Below, piece by piece: positions 17,930 through 27,870 of a stretch of 64,000 bases of DNA. The notes below the pieces were generated by a model. The model was not told where the DNA came from. It searched no databases and worked only from the letters and a program-made list of their open reading frames with translations. Each line of letters opens with the position of its first letter. Within the stretch, counting starts at the first letter, position 1. The position numbers and the translations under genes were made by a program. Source of the DNA: a virus; IMG/VR virus record IMGVR_UViG_3300010413_000005, positions 49,819-113,818 of that record; one strand, 5' to 3'.

Positions 17930-20098
17930 CTATGCCTGTTGAATTGTTATATTTATGTTGACCGCTACCGGCAATTCATCTTGGTTCAAGGCTATGTCGG
18001 AAGAAGGAATCGATATGGTCACGTCTTGTATCTCTTCGTTGGTGTCGAATATCTCGTGATACAATCTACGCAAGGAGATGGTTCCTCCGAAATTCCATTC
18101 ATAAGTCACTCCGTCGCTCTTCAACGCTTCCGGACGTATAATTTGTAACAAACGATTGCTTATGGATTCCGCGGTGACGGTATCCGGAGCCGTTACGACA
18201 GCGGTGATATCGACCGTTTTGGGTGTGTATGATACCGATGTGACTTGTGTATTGGTTGTGATGTGTTTTTCTTTTATCGGAGTCGAATACAAATCGCCGT
18301 TGAAGTATTCATCCAATTCGGCCAACTGGGCAGAAGTAGGTTGTCCGCCTCCGGCGCCCACCACTATCAATTTCAATGTTTTGGGTCCGAATCCTTCTTC
18401 TACATACGTCGCTCTGCTGAAAGGGCGCGAACCGTCGCTGGCCACGAACGAGGTGGTAAGAGTAACTGCGTCGGACGGACTCAAAGCCACTTCTTTGATT
18501 CTCAAAGATGCCGGCCCTGCTATTTTGGCTTGTTCAAGACTTTCTTCGGTCGCGCCCTCCGCTTCTTTCCATCCGGTCGCCTGTCTCGGATTCCAAATCG
18601 AATTCACGTAAGTCAACCCGGTCTTGTCTATGACCACCGTGTTGGCGCCTACGTTTCCGTCGTTGTTGGCGTCGACTCTGTACGATAGAGAGATATTTCC
18701 CTGTCCCACCGGAGGAATCGCTCCGTTGTTTCCATCTCCGAATACGATGGTTGCCCGATCGTTCTCTCCGAGTTCTATTCTGTAATGTTTGCTTTGCGAC
18801 GTGCTGCTGAGGAAATTATCTACTCTTGTCCACTCTTCGCTGTCCACGGTCAGAATTGTGTAAGTAGAACTGTCTATGAAGTAATCTCGAGTAGTTTGAA
18901 ACCTTTGGTTGGAGTCTCCTGTGGATGAACCTAGTGGATCATCTTCGACGCTACGACCTTGTGTAGCGCTGGCCAGAGCGTATTGTTTCCCGGTGTCTAT
19001 TCTGACTCTTTTCAAAGTCGGATTGGTTCCTCCGGTAGAAGTTATCGTTCTCCATCTAATCCAATACGCAGTTGTTCCATTGATCGCCGTCTTCTGCCAA
19101 TTCAACAGCTCGGTCTGCGGTAAAGTGTATTCCAACGCTCCGTCAACAGTCAAATCGGTCGTGTTGTCTACAAAATCGATTCCGGCCGCTTCCAGTTCCT
19201 GCCATTGAGTTCCGACCACGTAATCGTTTATGTCAGTAGACGGAGTAGTTTGTCCGAGAAGTCCTGTGGTAGCTATGTTCGCGGTTCCTGTCCAAGTGGA
19301 AACCACGTCTTCATAGGCTCCGGTATCGTGGCAACGAACTCTGACCACCGCTCCGTTTCTGTTGGACGATCCCAGCAATCCGGTCAAATTGAAAGTCAAT
19401 TGAGAACCGCCATCAATTACCGAATCAGGCTGTATATCGTCCCAATCTCCGTCGAAGAACTCCCATATGCCATTGATGTTGGCCATCGCCGTATCTACGT
19501 CGAAATCCAATTCATTCCACATTACAGAGTCGTGTCCGAAGTAGACCTTATCGCCGGCCGCGTCGATATCCGGAGTCCAGTTGGTTCCAGCATTGGCAGC
19601 GGTGGTGTGATCGGTGAACGCTCCGGCGCTGGATTCTCGATAAACCGCAGTCAACTGGTCGGTTCTGGAAATGGTAACAGCTGTTAGGCACTCGAACGGT
19701 ATAGGCTCCGCGTCTGCTTGTGATCTAGTCGCCGCTTGGGCATCTTCGGATATCAATTCGAACGACGTGCTGAAAGGTTTGCTCAATTCGTAAATCAAGT
19801 CGACGTTCGCCGGAGTCGCCGAACTCAACTCGTAATCGATCAATCGTAACATATCTCTAACAGTTTCGGTCAAACTTGCAGTGGGCAGCGTGTTTTCGTT
19901 CGCTACCATATCCAGGAGAGTATTATTCAAATGTCCTACGCACGCGAACGCTCTTAACAATTGGATGAACGGTTCGAAGTCGCTTTCGTCTGTCAATTCC
20001 GGAACGTTTTGGCGTTTGAATTGGATCAAAGCTTCTAACAGCTGCGGATAATAATACGCAGCGTAGTTGAAGAATGGTACCTGTATTGTGCGAGCCAT
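17930..20098 (-). CDS. Baseplate J / wedge protein (T4 gp6-like)
   Basis: PELTD.SDF.P, ANE..L.TA, LIDY.L..ATPA, LGSSTG..NQRF, IVFGDGNNGAIP, GNVGANT and ATGW.E.E. Confidence 0.88.
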   Translation of the reverse strand: MARTIQVPFFNYAAYYYPQLLEALIQFKRQNVPELTDESDFEPFIQLLRAFACVGHLNNTLLDMVANENTLPTASLTETVRDMLRLIDYELSSATPANVDLIYELSKPFSTSFELISEDAQAATRSQADAEPIPFECLTAVTISRTDQLTAVYRESSAGAFTDHTTAANAGTNWTPDIDAAGDKVYFGHDSVMWNELDFDVDTAMANINGIWEFFDGDWDDIQPDSVIDGGSQLTFNLTGLLGSSNRNGAVVRVRCHDTGAYEDVVSTWTGTANIATTGLLGQTTPSTDINDYVVGTQWQELEAAGIDFVDNTTDLTVDGALEYTLPQTELLNWQKTAINGTTAYWIRWRTITSTGGTNPTLKRVRIDTGKQYALASATQGRSVEDDPLGSSTGDSNQRFQTTRDYFIDSSTYTILTVDSEEWTRVDNFLSSTSQSKHYRIELGENDRATIVFGDGNNGAIPPVGQGNISLSYRVDANNDGNVGANTVVIDKTGLTYVNSIWNPRQATGWKEAEGATEESLEQAKIAGPASLRIKEVALSPSDAVTLTTSFVASDGSRPFSRATYVEEGFGPKTLKLIVVGAGGGQPTSAQLAELDEYFNGDLYSTPIKEKHITTNTQVTSVSYTPKTVDITAVVTAPDTVTAESISNRLLQIIRPEALKSDGVTYEWNFGGTISLRRLYHEIFDTNEEIQDVTISIPSSDIALNQDELPVAVNINITIQQA

Positions 20099-20111
20099 AT
20101 CGAACTCCGTT

Positions 20112-20489
20112 CTACACGTTGTTATACGATAACCTGAATTCCTTCTCTTCGTCGCTTTCTAAGCACAAATACGTGAATTTCATAGTCGTAGTTTGCTCTT
20201 CCGAATCCTCTTCCCAAGTTATCGTGTCTTGTCGCAGCGTGAATCTTTCTTGCGCTTCGAATCTCCTAAACATTTCTATGACTTTTCTCTGTATGGCCGA
20301 ACGCGTAACCGGATCGTTGATAGAGAATATCATATCCTCTCCCAATCCTATATTTTGTTGAAAAGCGTTCTCGTTATCGTCAGATCCCAAGGCTAAAGAG
20401 ATGATTTTCAAATCGTTGTCGTCGCCTTCTACCAACGCGGCGCCTCCGTCCGGCCCTACTCCTACTGGTATTTTCAATCCCTTTGGCAT
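20112..20489 (-). CDS. Baseplate gp25/gpW-like protein
   Basis: True start is MPKGLKIPV (ATG 20489, AGGAG SD); 125 aa; GLGEDMIFSIND motif; upstream of gpJ. Confidence 0.7.
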   Translation of the reverse strand: MPKGLKIPVGVGPDGGAALVEGDDNDLKIISLALGSDDNENAFQQNIGLGEDMIFSINDPVTRSAIQRKVIEMFRRFEAQERFTLRQDTITWEEDSEEQTTTMKFTYLCLESDEEKEFRLSYNNV

Positions 20490-20497
20490 TTCTTCTC

Positions 20498-20833
20498 CTA
20501 ATCTATCGGGCAAATGGGAACGATTGGGATATCCGGCAATGATGGGAACGCCGGAACTCCCGGAATCGGATTCGGAATGGAAAACGACGGAGGCGTGGGC
20601 AATGTATACGGAACGTCTATGTCCAATATGGGAGGGATCGGCAACTCCGGAGGGAACGCCGGAACTCCCGGAATCGGATTCGGGATCGAAAATGAAGGAA
20701 TGGTAGGTAATGGGAATGGAACGTCTATGTCCAATATGGGAGGGATCGGCAACTCCGGAGGGAACGCCGGAACTCCCGGAATCGGATTCGGGATCGACAA
20801 AGTCGGATATCCTGGAAAATTGCAATTGCTCAT
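20498..20833 (-). CDS. Proline-rich tandem-repeat protein
   Basis: 111 aa from ATG 20833, overlapping the end of the spike gene: MSNCNFPG...(IPNPIPGVPAFPPELPIPPILDIDVPxxLPTxPSFS)x~2.5...CPID. Confidence 0.65.
   Translation of the reverse strand: MSNCNFPGYPTLSIPNPIPGVPAFPPELPIPPILDIDVPFPLPTIPSFSIPNPIPGVPAFPPELPIPPILDIDVPYTLPTPPSFSIPNPIPGVPAFPSLPDIPIVPICPID
20544..20795. repeat. 108-bp tandem repeat (~2.3 copies)
   Basis: gggaacgccggaactcccggaatcggattcgg at 20544, 20652 and 20760. Confidence 0.9.
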
Positions 20834-21738
20834 TGCGTAAATACCTTCAAACTCATTGCCGTTTGCATTTGCGTCAAGAAAGTGGCGGTGGCCGTTACAA
20901 ACGTTGCCAAACCAGCAGGCGGAGATGGAACGCAAGTTCCCAATACGGTAGTCAAAGCGGTCGTCCAAGTAGTCATAGCGGCGAAGAATAGCGTGCCCAT
21001 GATAACGGGTTGAATCGCGGGTTGGCCTCCGAGTTGCATTTTGCCCGCTTCCAACACTGCATCGGCGCAACTAACCGTCAATCCGGCTTGTGCCAAAATC
21101 TGCATATTTCCTCCCTTGATGTCTATCAAACTTCCACTCTTATCGACGACTTTCAAACCGTCCGAATTGGAGCTGTACATATTGCCGTGTTGATCTATGA
21201 TCGTCAATTCTCCGTCCTTGGCATTCATATATATTGTGTGTCCAGTGTGAGTTCCGATAACGATCGAACCATTCTCGTCCATGCCAAAATACGATTTTTT
21301 ATTATCCTCGTTGTTCCATGTGACGGATATCTTTCTTTTTCCATCTGTGTCGTCAAATACGACAACGTGCCCTCCCGGAGTGGCGAATCCGCGACGTTTG
21401 CCGTAATTGGTGAGGAAATCAGGAGGAACCGGAGTCGGAGCTTCGCCTTCTTCGTTACCGAAGTATCTTTTTCCAACCCATTTGGCATCCAAGTTGTCAA
21501 TCGAAGCTTGTCCATATTGTTCATCTTCGTCGGAACCGGTTACCACTTCTATCTCAACAATCTCTCCGACATCGGGCACTATGAACATTCCCCAACCCAA
21601 AACCGGTTCGATCCACATGGGCAGATCACTTTCTTCGTCTCCCAGCAGACCAGAACACGCCACCCTTATTCGCCCTCTCTGTTCCGGATCGTCTATCGAA
21701 GTCACAGTCGCCGGATATCTTTCAGTTGTCATCGACAT
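20830..21738 (-). CDS. Baseplate central spike (gpV/gp5 OB-fold)
   Basis: ATVTSIDDPEQRGRIRV, WIEP, GMFIVPDVGEIVEI, TPGGHVVVFDD. Confidence 0.88.
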   Translation of the reverse strand: MSMTTERYPATVTSIDDPEQRGRIRVACSGLLGDEESDLPMWIEPVLGWGMFIVPDVGEIVEIEVVTGSDEDEQYGQASIDNLDAKWVGKRYFGNEEGEAPTPVPPDFLTNYGKRRGFATPGGHVVVFDDTDGKRKISVTWNNEDNKKSYFGMDENGSIVIGTHTGHTIYMNAKDGELTIIDQHGNMYSSNSDGLKVVDKSGSLIDIKGGNMQILAQAGLTVSCADAVLEAGKMQLGGQPAIQPVIMGTLFFAAMTTWTTALTTVLGTCVPSPPAGLATFVTATATFLTQMQTAMSLKVFTQ

Positions 21739-21746
21739 AAATTACC

Positions 21747-23024
21747 TCACGGCAGTTTAGGAACTATCTTGCTCGCATTGAAATCGCAAAGATAACCTCC
21801 TCCATCAGCGTTGAATTTGTGAGCAACTCTTGTGAAATAGTATTCTCCGCTCAAGCTTTTGCCCACTCCGTCTATGTTGTGTGTCTGTCTAGACATCAAA
21901 GTCTCGGTCCCGATTGTGGTTCCGCTCGAGAGCATGAAATTCTGTCTTTGTCTCCTATACCATTGTTTAGCCCAAGCTACCAAATCGGCTTCATCCGTAA
22001 AGCGACGATTAGCGACCGCTTCGAAACTGTATTCTCCTATGAACAATTTGATATCGCTACCTGTGGTGTGTTCTTCTTCTATTGCTTGATCGACGACTTT
22101 CAACGTATCGCCGGAAACCGTGACTAACGTTTCCGGAGAATTGTCGTTTGTTTCTTCGATGTTTACTTCCATGATTTTGCCGGTTCTGACGTTTTTGGTT
22201 TGAACCGTTATTTGTGTAATCGCGTCTTGTATCACCAGCTCCGGTTCGAACGACAGAAGAGAAGAAAAGTCTCCTGCGTTGTACTTGAACGTGTACACCT
22301 TTTCTTGCAAATCGGAACGGCTCAATTTATCTGGATCTTTGAAATGTAAAATCCAGGTTCCGTCTTCGTCCGCGTCCACCCAAAAGATAAATCCGGTCAA
22401 ATTGGATATGCCTTGGACAAAATCAAAATCCTTCAATCCCACTTTCTGTATGAAATCATGAGGAGCGTCATGCGTTTGATCAACATCGGTAGCGAATCCG
22501 TAATCTCGAGCGCGATCGATTACCGCGTCGCTGAAACGAACGTCTTTGAATCGCCGGCCGCCTTTGCCCTTCTTTTTTTTGGACTTCTTAGGAGCGCTAA
22601 TCATTTCCGAATCTCTTGTATATCCCACCCATTCTATGAATGGAATATCGCCTTGCGGAAACGAAGGATGGACACGACGTATCACCACAGATCCAATGTA
22701 TTTGGTTTGCGCTCCGTATCCCATGCGAATGGACACTGTGTTTCCGGGTTGAAACAATTTTGAATCTATCAAACTCTCTACGTCTCCGGTTCCGGAACCT
22801 CCAATTCCGCCTATGCTGGCTGCCAATTTGGGAGGAATCATGGATGGAGCGATAACTACACCCTTGGCCATATCTGCCATTCCGTCGGTGCTTTCGTATT
22901 CCAATGTCTTCACCAGTCTGCGAATACCTTCCGGAACCGCTACGCCTTCGATGTACAAATCGAAATTGGGAGCATTCGAACTGACGTCGTCGGTCAACGG
23001 GTTATCTACCGAACTCAATATCAT
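21747..23024 (-). CDS. Baseplate hub (P2 gpD / T4 gp27-like)
   Basis: GN.VSIRMGY, Q...KDFDFVQ.I....GF.FWVD, LSGEYYFTRVAHKF...GY.CDF. Confidence 0.82.
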   Translation of the reverse strand: MILSSVDNPLTDDVSSNAPNFDLYIEGVAVPEGIRRLVKTLEYESTDGMADMAKGVVIAPSMIPPKLAASIGGIGGSGTGDVESLIDSKLFQPGNTVSIRMGYGAQTKYIGSVVIRRVHPSFPQGDIPFIEWVGYTRDSEMISAPKKSKKKKGKGGRRFKDVRFSDAVIDRARDYGFATDVDQTHDAPHDFIQKVGLKDFDFVQGISNLTGFIFWVDADEDGTWILHFKDPDKLSRSDLQEKVYTFKYNAGDFSSLLSFEPELVIQDAITQITVQTKNVRTGKIMEVNIEETNDNSPETLVTVSGDTLKVVDQAIEEEHTTGSDIKLFIGEYSFEAVANRRFTDEADLVAWAKQWYRRQRQNFMLSSGTTIGTETLMSRQTHNIDGVGKSLSGEYYFTRVAHKFNADGGGYLCDFNASKIVPKLP

Positions 23025-23845
23025 CAATACGCTCCGCTGGTTGATGGTTGCAATACGTGAGATACATATGATCCGCCGTTTCGCTCGAGAAACAATATGC
23101 GCAATCTTCTTTGGGCCGTGTCCTTTCTACCGAAAGCGGTTTTCAACGTGGTCGAAGTCTGCTCTATTTTCTTACTTTTGATTCCGTTGATAGCAGGTAG
23201 CGCTACCGTATTTCCGCTGGCCAACAACTGTAATTTGGGATGATTCTTTCTGATTACGTCTCCCAACATCGGATTGTTGTATTCTCTGTAAGCCAACAAT
23301 TCATAGTATTCTCCGTCCTTTACTCGGTGGTATCTAGTGTCGGTTTCCTCTTCGTCGCTCAAACTGTACGGAGTAAATTGTAAAAGAGTCAATCCAAAAG
23401 AAACGCTTCTCAACCCTCCGAACCGGTCCGCGCGACCGTAAGATATGTCAGATATTCCGGTAATGACGCAAGTTTGTTCGAAGTAGCCATCGCCTACCGA
23501 TATCTGCAATATCGGAGGTCGACGTAACTTCTTGTCCATCTTGATCCAACTCTTCAGCTTGTCCAATTTCTTCTTCGGAGATTCGTCCAAAGAGTGCAGT
23601 TTGTAGAATTGAGATCTGAATGAAACGGTATCGTTGTTGCCGTTCACGAATTGGATAACGGAATGTTCCCGATTGAAACCCTTGTGCTGCGCATAATTTG
23701 TGGATAGATTCTCGCTCAAATCCTCCGGCTCAAATTGCCCCTTCAACGTATCGCCGGAATCCAAATTGCGTAGAGACCAAACCGTATCGTTGGAAATCAA
23801 CGACGATAATATGGCCAATCCTGTTCCTGCAAATGAGGTAGCCAC
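23024..23845 (-). CDS. Tail tube initiator with LysM/gpX-like domain
   Basis: QFEPE.L, RPP.L...G, V.T.I; C-terminal YHRVKDGEYYELLAYREY.NP...I...HP. Confidence 0.78.
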   Translation of the reverse strand: MATSFAGTGLAILSSLISNDTVWSLRNLDSGDTLKGQFEPEDLSENLSTNYAQHKGFNREHSVIQFVNGNNDTVSFRSQFYKLHSLDESPKKKLDKLKSWIKMDKKLRRPPILQISVGDGYFEQTCVITGISDISYGRADRFGGLRSVSFGLTLLQFTPYSLSDEEETDTRYHRVKDGEYYELLAYREYNNPMLGDVIRKNHPKLQLLASGNTVALPAINGIKSKKIEQTSTTLKTAFGRKDTAQRRLRILFLERNGGSYVSHVLQPSTSGAY

Positions 23846-23856
23846 TATTTCACCTC

Positions 23857-26280
23857 TTACGCCGGAGACGCTCCGTGTTCCAGCGCTATCCTTCGAGCGT
23901 ACGGCTTTGCTTTGAATCCAGCACGCTCATGTATTTGTTGCTTGTGTCTGGAGGACGCGACCGAGATTGCTCGACTATCCACCTTCAAACTGTTATCAAT
24001 CTGCAGACATCTCTTATCTTCCAGATTGACGTTGGCTTCTACTTTGGGCTCCTTCAAAGTGGCTCCCTTGCCCTCCGCAGCTCGAGCGGCGATTTCTTGT
24101 GCAACCTGTGTAGCCGATTTGCCTTCGGTAGCCAACGCCGTTTCTTTGAAGGTATCCATCAATTTCTCTTCGGGAGTCCTTATTTTCGGTTTTGTCACCT
24201 CCGCTTTCGTTTCTTTGACTATCCTGAAAGTTCCTTGTTTGGAGAATTCACGGAGTTCTTTCGGTATCGGGAAATTGATAGCATCTGCCGCTTTGACTAT
24301 CAATTTGATCATAGAAACCAGACCGTTTACGATATCCTCCAAGATAAATTTACCTATCTCTTTGAAAACGTTCAGGACCGGTTTGGCGAACTCTAACAGA
24401 TTTCCCAAACCCATCGCTATCATTCCAAATACGATTCCTACCACTTTCCCGATTATCTTGAACGTTCCGATGAATAACGGCTTCAAAAATGACATGGCTT
24501 GTGCGAATCCGTCGTACATTTCCTTGGCCATGGCTATGACGTACTGTATGAATCCGACTACTTTCACTTTCAAGAATTCGACTGCCGGAGCGGCGAACTC
24601 CATAAATGCGTCAGCTCCGGCGATAATCGCTTCTTTCATGTGTAGCCAAGCGAGAACTGCCACTCCTATCGCGGCCAACACGGGCAAAACGAATACGCTC
24701 GAGAATAACGCTGCTACAAATCCGATTACGGCGCCGATCGCCGATATCGCCGGAACCAACACGGTCGTGATAAAGAAGACTATTCCACCCAATCCCAGCA
24801 AGACCGGAGCGAGCGCTCCGGCGAATATCACAAACATGGTGACGATTTTGGCTATGGATTTCACTCCGCCCTTGCCCAAATCCATTCCGAACTTTTGAGC
24901 CAAAGAAGTGACGTACGAACGGACCGTGACGATGGTGTTTTTCAAAGTCAAGAACGCTTCTCGAATCCCCATCGCTATTTGCACAACTGTGGACCCTGCC
25001 TCGTCTGCGGTCTTTTCTGTCAAACCAGTTTCGGAATTCAATTCCTGTAACACTGTAACTATGCTGCTGAGTCCTTTGACCGCGGATTTTGATCCTCCGG
25101 ATAACGTGTCGATTAGCAATCCGCCCACTTCGATGTTGAATCCTTCGACCGCGGACTTGAGTAAGGTAATTTGTCCTTGGAACGTATCCAAGCGACGTTC
25201 GGCCATTCTTTTAGCGACACCATCGGCTTTTTGAAGTTCTTCGACCAATCCGGTGAACTTGCCTTGTTCGAGCGCCGTCTCCATAGCGCCCACCGCTTTT
25301 TGGCCACGGACACCGAATATCTCGGTCATCATCGCCGCGCGTTTGGTTTTACTGGTGATTTTAGACAATCCGGTTTCGAACGATTTCATCGTACGAATGG
25401 TGTCGATGGAACCGTCTTTGAATTCGTATACCGAACCTCCCAATTGTCGCATATATTCTTGCGCCTTTTCGGACGGTTTGGTCAATTTGATCAGCATATT
25501 CGTGAAACTTGTGCCGGCGATCGATCCTTTCAAACCTGCGTCTGCGAGCACTCCGAGTATTCCGGAGGTCGTTTCGAGCGGAACGCCCATCGTTTTGGCT
25601 TGTGTGGAAGCGTATCGGAACGCTTCTCCGAGTTGGGATATGTTCGTGTTGGTTCGAGCGGAGGTCAAAGCCAACACATCCGCGACTCGAGTAGTTTGAT
25701 CCGCTTGTAGACCCATCCCCTTCAAGACGCTGGCTACAATATCGGTCGCCTCCGCCAAATCCATGCCTTCGGCTGCGGCCGCGTTCATTACGCCGTCCAG
25801 ACCGGTGATGATTTCCGAAGCGTTGAAACCGGCCCTGGCCATATATTGCATGGCTTCGGATGATTGGGTGGCCGAGAAGACGGTAGTGGCACCCATTTGT
25901 TTGGCTTTGAGTTCCAAACGCGACATGTCCTTGTCGGACACATCCAGCAAAATGGCACCTACGTTTGCCATTCCCTGTTCGAAATCTGCGGCCTGCTTTA
26001 CCGCAAAGCCTAGACCTGCAGCAGCTGGCAACGCAGCTACGCCAGCACCTCGCAGCGCGGTGCCCATTTGTTTGACAGCTCCGCCCAACTTGCCCGCAGC
26101 GCCCCTCAACGCCGCGAACGAACTTGTAGCTGCCAAGCCAATTCTATTCAAAGCAGGAGGAACTTGATTCGCCGATCTCACGAACCGGCCGAATTCGTCC
26201 CTTGGCTGCTTCATGGCCCGAACACCTTGGTTGCCGTCGAACGTAAAAACGCCGCCCAAGCCTATTCTTTCCAGGGCCAT
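23857..26280 (-). CDS. Tape measure protein (TP901-like core)
   Basis: AADFEQGMANV, GATTVFSA, MARAG, NTNISQLGEAF.Y, LADAGLKGSIAGT; hydrophobic C-terminal half. Confidence 0.92.
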   Translation of the reverse strand: MALERIGLGGVFTFDGNQGVRAMKQPRDEFGRFVRSANQVPPALNRIGLAATSSFAALRGAAGKLGGAVKQMGTALRGAGVAALPAAAGLGFAVKQAADFEQGMANVGAILLDVSDKDMSRLELKAKQMGATTVFSATQSSEAMQYMARAGFNASEIITGLDGVMNAAAAEGMDLAEATDIVASVLKGMGLQADQTTRVADVLALTSARTNTNISQLGEAFRYASTQAKTMGVPLETTSGILGVLADAGLKGSIAGTSFTNMLIKLTKPSEKAQEYMRQLGGSVYEFKDGSIDTIRTMKSFETGLSKITSKTKRAAMMTEIFGVRGQKAVGAMETALEQGKFTGLVEELQKADGVAKRMAERRLDTFQGQITLLKSAVEGFNIEVGGLLIDTLSGGSKSAVKGLSSIVTVLQELNSETGLTEKTADEAGSTVVQIAMGIREAFLTLKNTIVTVRSYVTSLAQKFGMDLGKGGVKSIAKIVTMFVIFAGALAPVLLGLGGIVFFITTVLVPAISAIGAVIGFVAALFSSVFVLPVLAAIGVAVLAWLHMKEAIIAGADAFMEFAAPAVEFLKVKVVGFIQYVIAMAKEMYDGFAQAMSFLKPLFIGTFKIIGKVVGIVFGMIAMGLGNLLEFAKPVLNVFKEIGKFILEDIVNGLVSMIKLIVKAADAINFPIPKELREFSKQGTFRIVKETKAEVTKPKIRTPEEKLMDTFKETALATEGKSATQVAQEIAARAAEGKGATLKEPKVEANVNLEDKRCLQIDNSLKVDSRAISVASSRHKQQIHERAGFKAKPYARRIALEHGASPA

Positions 26281-26301
26281 GTGCTACCTTTCTTCGATCT
26301 C

Positions 26302-26490
26302 CTATTTCTTCTTCGCCTCTGCTAATTCCTTTTCAAGCTGCCTTTTCAATCTTCTCAAGTGCCAAAATCTTTCTTCGTAATCCATATCCTGAACAGCTTC
26401 CCAAGTCATGCCACTTATGCAATAAGTCAAGGCGAAAGTCTGTTCATACAGATCTTCCCGTCGACTTAACGGGAAGAAATCCCAAAAAAA
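26302..26490 (-). CDS. Tail chaperone -1 frameshift extension (gpT-like)
   Basis: The -1 frame is open from the slippery T TTT TTT (26484-26490) to TAG 26302 and encodes WDFFPLSRREDLYEQTFALTY...MTWEAVQDMDYEER. Confidence 0.7.
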   Translation of the reverse strand, partial: FFWDFFPLSRREDLYEQTFALTYCISGMTWEAVQDMDYEERFWHLRRLKRQLEKELAEAKKK

Positions 26491-27314
26491 TTGTTGTAAC
26501 TCCAATCCAACGAAATCACGTAATCGTTCGAGTATCCGCATTTGGGACATTTGTCTTTTTTGGTCATCTCTATGGCCATATTCGGACCCATGTAGTGGAT
26601 ATCGATTTTGTTGATCAGAGACTCCACGTCTCTCTTGGACATATCGTCCAGTTCTCCGGAGATCAACTCGAGCGTATTCGTATCGTCGTTGATTCCCTTT
26701 ATCGAACCGATCATAGCCAATTCCTTGGCTACACTATCGTCTTTAGTGGCGTAGGATTGTTCCGCTATCTCCCAACGCTGAGGACCGAGAATGAATTTCT
26801 TGACCTCTTTACTTCTGATTTCGAACGGATCTTTGAGTTCGTATTCCCATTTTGACGCATCCAAATCGGACGCGTGGTTGACTTGCAGAGTCTGCAAATT
26901 GGCTTGGTAATCAAATTCAATTCCGCATCGAGGACAAGTGAGTTTCATAGGGACTTCTTCGCCGATACATTGTTTACGAACGTAAGCGTAAACGTACCAC
27001 ACGTCACCCATGAACATCTGTGAAACGACAAGCTGTTTTTCCGGATGCTGCAGCTTGGTGAAGTCGTGGTTGCCCACCGAATTCAGCATATGCGCAACGA
27101 CTAATCCGGTTTGTTGCGCTACGCTCACCGTTCCCTTGATTTCGTTCCGAAGTTTGCCCAGCTCCTTTTCCTCCTTCATCCTCCACGGTCTGACGGAGAA
27201 TTGCTTGGCTAGAGCTCCGGTCGGATCTAAAACGCCTAATGGCAGATTAGCGCCGAGATCTGACATTGTCGTCTTCTCGACGCCCTTGTTCTTTTTCGAT
27301 TTCTTCTCAACCAT
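26466..27314 (-). CDS. Tail assembly chaperone (gpG-like, two CxxC motifs)
   Basis: Lies between tube and TMP; CPRC and CPKC; ends NNFF at the slippery site; start ATG 27314 with GGAGG SD. Confidence 0.75.
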   Translation of the reverse strand: MVEKKSKKNKGVEKTTMSDLGANLPLGVLDPTGALAKQFSVRPWRMKEEKELGKLRNEIKGTVSVAQQTGLVVAHMLNSVGNHDFTKLQHPEKQLVVSQMFMGDVWYVYAYVRKQCIGEEVPMKLTCPRCGIEFDYQANLQTLQVNHASDLDASKWEYELKDPFEIRSKEVKKFILGPQRWEIAEQSYATKDDSVAKELAMIGSIKGINDDTNTLELISGELDDMSKRDVESLINKIDIHYMGPNMAIEMTKKDKCPKCGYSNDYVISLDWSYNNFFGISSR

Positions 27315-27359
27315 CTCGGTTGCCTCCAATCAGCCTTGCGGCCTTGTTAGGTCTACCGT

Positions 27360-27383
27360 TAGGGTCGAACCATTTCGACCCTA
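27360..27383 (-). other. Stem-loop after tail tube gene
   Basis: tagggtcgaa-ccat-ttcgacccta, a 10-bp perfect stem with no U-tract. Confidence 0.55.
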
Positions 27384-27385
27384 TT

Positions 27386-27823
27386 CTACAACGGCAATAC
27401 GTCATCAGCGGACATCATATATTCGACGACCGCCATTTCGCCTTCGTTGGCCATCTCCAAATCGGGCAGAGTGCGCTTCTTGATAAACACGCCGTTGAGC
27501 GTGTAGGTCGCGTTCGCTGATCCGCTGATCGATTTGTGAACCAGATTGACCACTTTCTTGTACGTAGGAGAAACCGGATCTTGGCATTCGATGTACCAAG
27601 CTTCCATCGCTACGCGTTCGACGGTGTGGTGCATGGGAATCTTGATAGAGAACTCCGTGGCTCCTCTATTCCCTCCCGATACCACGGTGCGATCCGGCAA
27701 CTCGTTGGTTTGCAACTCGTCTTCGATTCCGCTCACTTCCACCGCCGTCAACGTCACGAATCCCATCACTCTGACGTCGTACTTGTTGACCGGCATGTGG
27801 TCTGGTTTGATTGCGCCTTTCAT
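27386..27823 (-). CDS. Tail tube protein (T4 gp19-like)
   Basis: 145 aa; EVSGIE.E, MEAWY, YKKVVNLV, YTLNGVF, PDLEM; strong AGGAGG SD. Confidence 0.8.
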   Translation of the reverse strand: MKGAIKPDHMPVNKYDVRVMGFVTLTAVEVSGIEDELQTNELPDRTVVSGGNRGATEFSIKIPMHHTVERVAMEAWYIECQDPVSPTYKKVVNLVHKSISGSANATYTLNGVFIKKRTLPDLEMANEGEMAVVEYMMSADDVLPL

Positions 27824-27870
27824 AACGTCCTCCTGTGATCGTAATTGTTCCTACGATTGGATTCTTCGGA

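Noticed and set aside
20544-20795. Possible CRISPR mini-array
   Set aside because: The intervening sequences are themselves near-identical, the period is a multiple of 3 within a CDS, and there are no cas genes.
20490-20825. N-terminal repeat extension of ORF 20112..20825
   Set aside because: It is an alternate frame of the 108-bp repeat; the real gp25-like start has its own SD at 20489.
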